A DNA stretch of 64,000 bases, taken from positions 38,152 to 102,151 of the forward strand of contig NZ_JBKKAD010000168.1 in NCBI RefSeq assembly GCF_046714715.1, read 5' to 3'. Below the pieces are notes generated by a model that saw only the letters and a list, made by a program, of their open reading frames with translations, was not told the origin of the DNA and made no database searches. Of this stretch, positions 61,298-64,000 are shown piece after piece (within the stretch, counting starts at the first letter, position 1; each line of letters begins with the position of its first letter). The stretch is from Conyzicola sp. Lineage in GTDB: Bacteria > Actinomycetota > Actinomycetes > Actinomycetales > Microbacteriaceae. A program made the position numbers and the translations under genes.

Positions 61298-62740
61298 ATG
61301 TCACGCACCACCGAAAAGTCCGGCACGAACCTCAAGGTCATCGCTCTCGCGGTGGCCGGCGCGGTCGGCGGCTTCCTCTTCGGTTTCGACTCCTCCGTGA
61401 TCAACGGGGCGGTCGATCCGATCCAAGACCAGTTCGGCCTGAGCGAGTCGCTCACCGGGTTCGCCGTCGCGGTCGCGCTGCTCGGCTGTGCCGTGGGCGC
61501 CTACGTCGCCGGCCGTCTCGCCGACTGGAAGGGCCGCATTCCGGCCATGCTCGTCGGCGCGGTGTTGTTCCTCGTCAGCGCCGTCGGCACCGGTCTCGCC
61601 TTCAACGTGTGGGACCTCATCGCCTGGCGCCTCGTCGGCGGCCTCGGTATCGGCATCGCCTCGGTGATCGCCCCCGCCTACATCGCCGAGATCTCGCCGA
61701 AGAACCTGCGCGGTCGCCTCGGCTCGCTGCAGCAGCTCGCCATCACGATCGGTATCTTCGCCGCGCTGCTCTCCGACACGGTGTTCGCCAACTGGGCCGG
61801 GGGCGCAGGCCAGGAGCTGTGGCTCGGCCTGGAGGCCTGGCGATGGATGTTCCTCGCCGGCATCGTGCCCGCCGTGGTCTACGGCCTCATCGCCCTGAAG
61901 CTGCCCGAGTCTCCCCGATTCCTCGTGCTCAAGGGGCGCGACGACGAGGTGCGCGGAATTTTCGCCCGACTCTGGCCGAACGACGACGTCGAGCGCGCGA
62001 TCCGCGACATGCGATCGGGCATCGAGACCGACGCCCATGGCTCAAAGAAGGGGGCGCTGCGCGGCAACCGCTTCGGCCTCAAGCCGATCGTCTGGGTCGG
62101 CATCATCCTGTCGGTGTTCCAGCAGTTCGTCGGCATCAACGTGATCTTCTACTACTCCACCACCCTCTGGAAGTCGGTCGGATTCCAGGAGAGCGACTCG
62201 CTCACCATCTCGGTCATCACCGCCGTCACCAACATCGCGGTCACCTTCGTGGCGATCGCCCTCGTCGACCGTGTCGGCCGCCGCCCCATCCTGCTCTTCG
62301 GGTCGGTGGGCATGACGGTCGCCCTCGCGACCATGGCTATCTCGTTCAGCCAGGCCGTGCAGGTCGACGGCGCGCCGAGCCTGCCCGGCGCCTGGGGCCC
62401 GGTCGCTCTCGTCGCCGCGAACGTCTTCGTCATCAGCTTCGGCGCTTCGTGGGGCCCCGTGGTCTGGGTGCTGCTCGGCGAGATCTTCCCGAACCGCATC
62501 CGTGCGCGTGCCCTCGGAATCGCGGCCGCCGCCCAGTGGATCGCGAACTTCGTGATCACCCTGTCGTTCCCGCCGCTCGCGTCGGTGTCGCTCGTGCTCA
62601 CCTACGGCCTCTACGCCCTGTTCGCCGCGCTGTCGTTCGTGTTCGTTCTCAAGGTCGTGCCCGAGACCAATGGCCTCTCGCTCGAGGAAGCCGAGACGCT
62701 GTTCACCAAGAAGGTGAAGGCGCCCGCCGCCCAGAAGTAG
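61298..62740 (+). CDS. sugar porter family MFS transporter (paralog of 57577-59010)
   Basis: Start at MSRTTEKSGTNLKVIAL; same signatures; more than 80% identity by eye to the other copy. Confidence 0.9.
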   Translation: MSRTTEKSGTNLKVIALAVAGAVGGFLFGFDSSVINGAVDPIQDQFGLSESLTGFAVAVALLGCAVGAYVAGRLADWKGRIPAMLVGAVLFLVSAVGTGLAFNVWDLIAWRLVGGLGIGIASVIAPAYIAEISPKNLRGRLGSLQQLAITIGIFAALLSDTVFANWAGGAGQELWLGLEAWRWMFLAGIVPAVVYGLIALKLPESPRFLVLKGRDDEVRGIFARLWPNDDVERAIRDMRSGIETDAHGSKKGALRGNRFGLKPIVWVGIILSVFQQFVGINVIFYYSTTLWKSVGFQESDSLTISVITAVTNIAVTFVAIALVDRVGRRPILLFGSVGMTVALATMAISFSQAVQVDGAPSLPGAWGPVALVAANVFVISFGASWGPVVWVLLGEIFPNRIRARALGIAAAAQWIANFVITLSFPPLASVSLVLTYGLYALFAALSFVFVLKVVPETNGLSLEEAETLFTKKVKAPAAQK

Positions 62741-62744
62741 TCCG

Positions 62745-64000
62745 CTAGCGCCGCACGGGGAGGGTGATCCCGAACGTGGACCCCTCGCCGACCACCGAGG
62801 TGACGGAGATCTCGCCCCCGTGCGACCGTACGATGTCGTTCACGATGGCGAGCCCGAGTCCGGTACCGGGCACGACCTCGTCGCGGGCGTTCGTGGCGCG
62901 GAAGAACCGGTCGAAGAGCTGGGGGATGTCGCCGGTCGGAATGCCCATGCCGGTGTCCGCGACCGAGACCCGAACGGCGGGCCGGCCCGCCAGGGCGATT
63001 CCCGAAGCGACGCCGACGTGCACCGACCCTCCGGCGGGCGTGAATTTCACGGCGTTCTCCATGACGTTCGTGAAGACCCGCTCCAGGTGCGCCTCGTCGC
63101 CCTCCACGATCGCCGCGTCACCGCAGTCGATCGTGAACTGCACCTCCCGAGACTGAGCGAACGGGCGCAACGATTCGGCCGACCGGCCGAGCACGCGGGT
63201 GAGCTCCACGGGCGCGGTGGCGAGGGTCGCATCGCCCGACTCCAGACGCGTCAGCACGAGCATGTTCCCGACGAGCGTGTGCAGTCGCTGGGCGTTGCGG
63301 TCGACGACGAGCAGCATGTCTCGCGCCGACTTAGGGAGCGTTCCTCCCGCGTCGTCCAACACGAGTTCCAGGAAGCCGAGGATGGAGGTCAGGGGTGTGC
63401 GCATCTCGTGGCTCACCGTGCCGATCATGTCGCTCTTCGATTTGTCGAGCGCGGTCAGGCGCGCGACCACCTGTTCCTGTCCCTCGAGCACTCGGGCGAG
63501 CATCGACTGCCGGAACATGACCGGAACGGCCGAGAGCGCGACCGCCGCGGCGGCCAGCACGAACGCAACGGTCGGCACGCGTGTCTGCGTTGCGACCAAG
63601 AGCACGACGACCCCGGCGAGAACGGCCAGGGCCGGCACGGGCAGCAGCCGCCCGCGGGACGAGGCCGAGGGCAGAACGGGGCGGACGCGGTCGACACCGT
63701 CGACCCACAGTGCGATGAACGCCACCCCGGCGGTCCAGGCGACGTCGAGCGGCGTCCCGCTGACGTACGCCCCCTCGTGGTTCAGCAGCGCATAGGCGAT
63801 ATCAGCCCCGGTGAACAGCACCAGGCCGGTCAACAGCAACTGCCATCGCGGTCCGAGGCGTAGGAGCGGCGACGCCGAGATTCCCACAACGGTTGCGACC
63901 AGGAGCAGGTCGAAGAGCGGGTAGAGCGCGGCAATCACCGCGTCGATCGGTGTCGTGTCGGCAGCCTCATTGAAGACCGGCGCGAGCACCACCGCGAGAA
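62745..64000 (-). CDS. sensor histidine kinase (5' end outside the window)
   Basis: H-box SHEMRTPLTSILGF; N, G1 and G2 boxes (NAVKFTP, DTGMGI, GTGLGLAIV); reading frame stays open to the window edge. Confidence 0.85.
   Translation of the reverse strand, partial: LAVVLAPVFNEAADTTPIDAVIAALYPLFDLLLVATVVGISASPLLRLGPRWQLLLTGLVLFTGADIAYALLNHEGAYVSGTPLDVAWTAGVAFIALWVDGVDRVRPVLPSASSRGRLLPVPALAVLAGVVVLLVATQTRVPTVAFVLAAAAVALSAVPVMFRQSMLARVLEGQEQVVARLTALDKSKSDMIGTVSHEMRTPLTSILGFLELVLDDAGGTLPKSARDMLLVVDRNAQRLHTLVGNMLVLTRLESGDATLATAPVELTRVLGRSAESLRPFAQSREVQFTIDCGDAAIVEGDEAHLERVFTNVMENAVKFTPAGGSVHVGVASGIALAGRPAVRVSVADTGMGIPTGDIPQLFDRFFRATNARDEVVPGTGLGLAIVNDIVRSHGGEISVTSVVGEGSTFGITLPVRR

Overview
High-GC (about 67-72% on sampled lines) actinobacterial chromosomal segment, probably Micrococcales/Microbacteriaceae-like (inference from gene content). 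It is densely packed with about 65 protein genes on both strands. I found no rRNA, tRNA, CRISPR array, transposase or integrase.

Gene content:
- A three-gene glycosyltransferase operon joined by GTGA overlaps.
- Several MFS and sugar transporters.
- A ClpC-like AAA+ chaperone preceded by a perfect HspR (HAIR) operator.
- An ECF41/SigJ-type sigma factor with a matching promoter upstream of its partner oxidoreductase.
- Two YciI plus sigma-factor modules.
- A DUF4956-VTC-Cthe_2159 cluster.
- A G6PD paralog flanked by two sugar-porter paralogs that look more than 80% identical by eye.
- Many small regulators and enzymes.

Most interesting findings:
1. A roughly 5.2-kb low-GC island (about 28.7-33.9 kb; sampled lines 38-58% GC). 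It carries a NERD-UvrD nuclease-helicase fusion divergently paired with a translationally coupled ABC-type ATPase (DUF3696-like tail) and a 290-aa protein with a DUF2325-like C-terminus, plus a 49-aa Cys-rich ORF. It resembles Gabija, Septu and PARIS in parts but matches none that I know, so it is a candidate undescribed defence system.
2. A very dense family of about 82-bp nested-palindrome intergenic elements (CYGGTYGAGTAGG ... CCTACTCRACCRG). There are at least 10 full, half or tandem copies at gene 3' ends, and they often supply the stop codons of the flanking genes.
3. A second repeat type of 99 bp with perfect 20-bp terminal inverted repeats, and a third hairpin repeat tied to a disrupted DUF559 gene.

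Limits: all domain calls come from reading motifs in the translations, with no searches run. Coordinates of non-ORF features were hand-counted and may be off by 1-3 nt.
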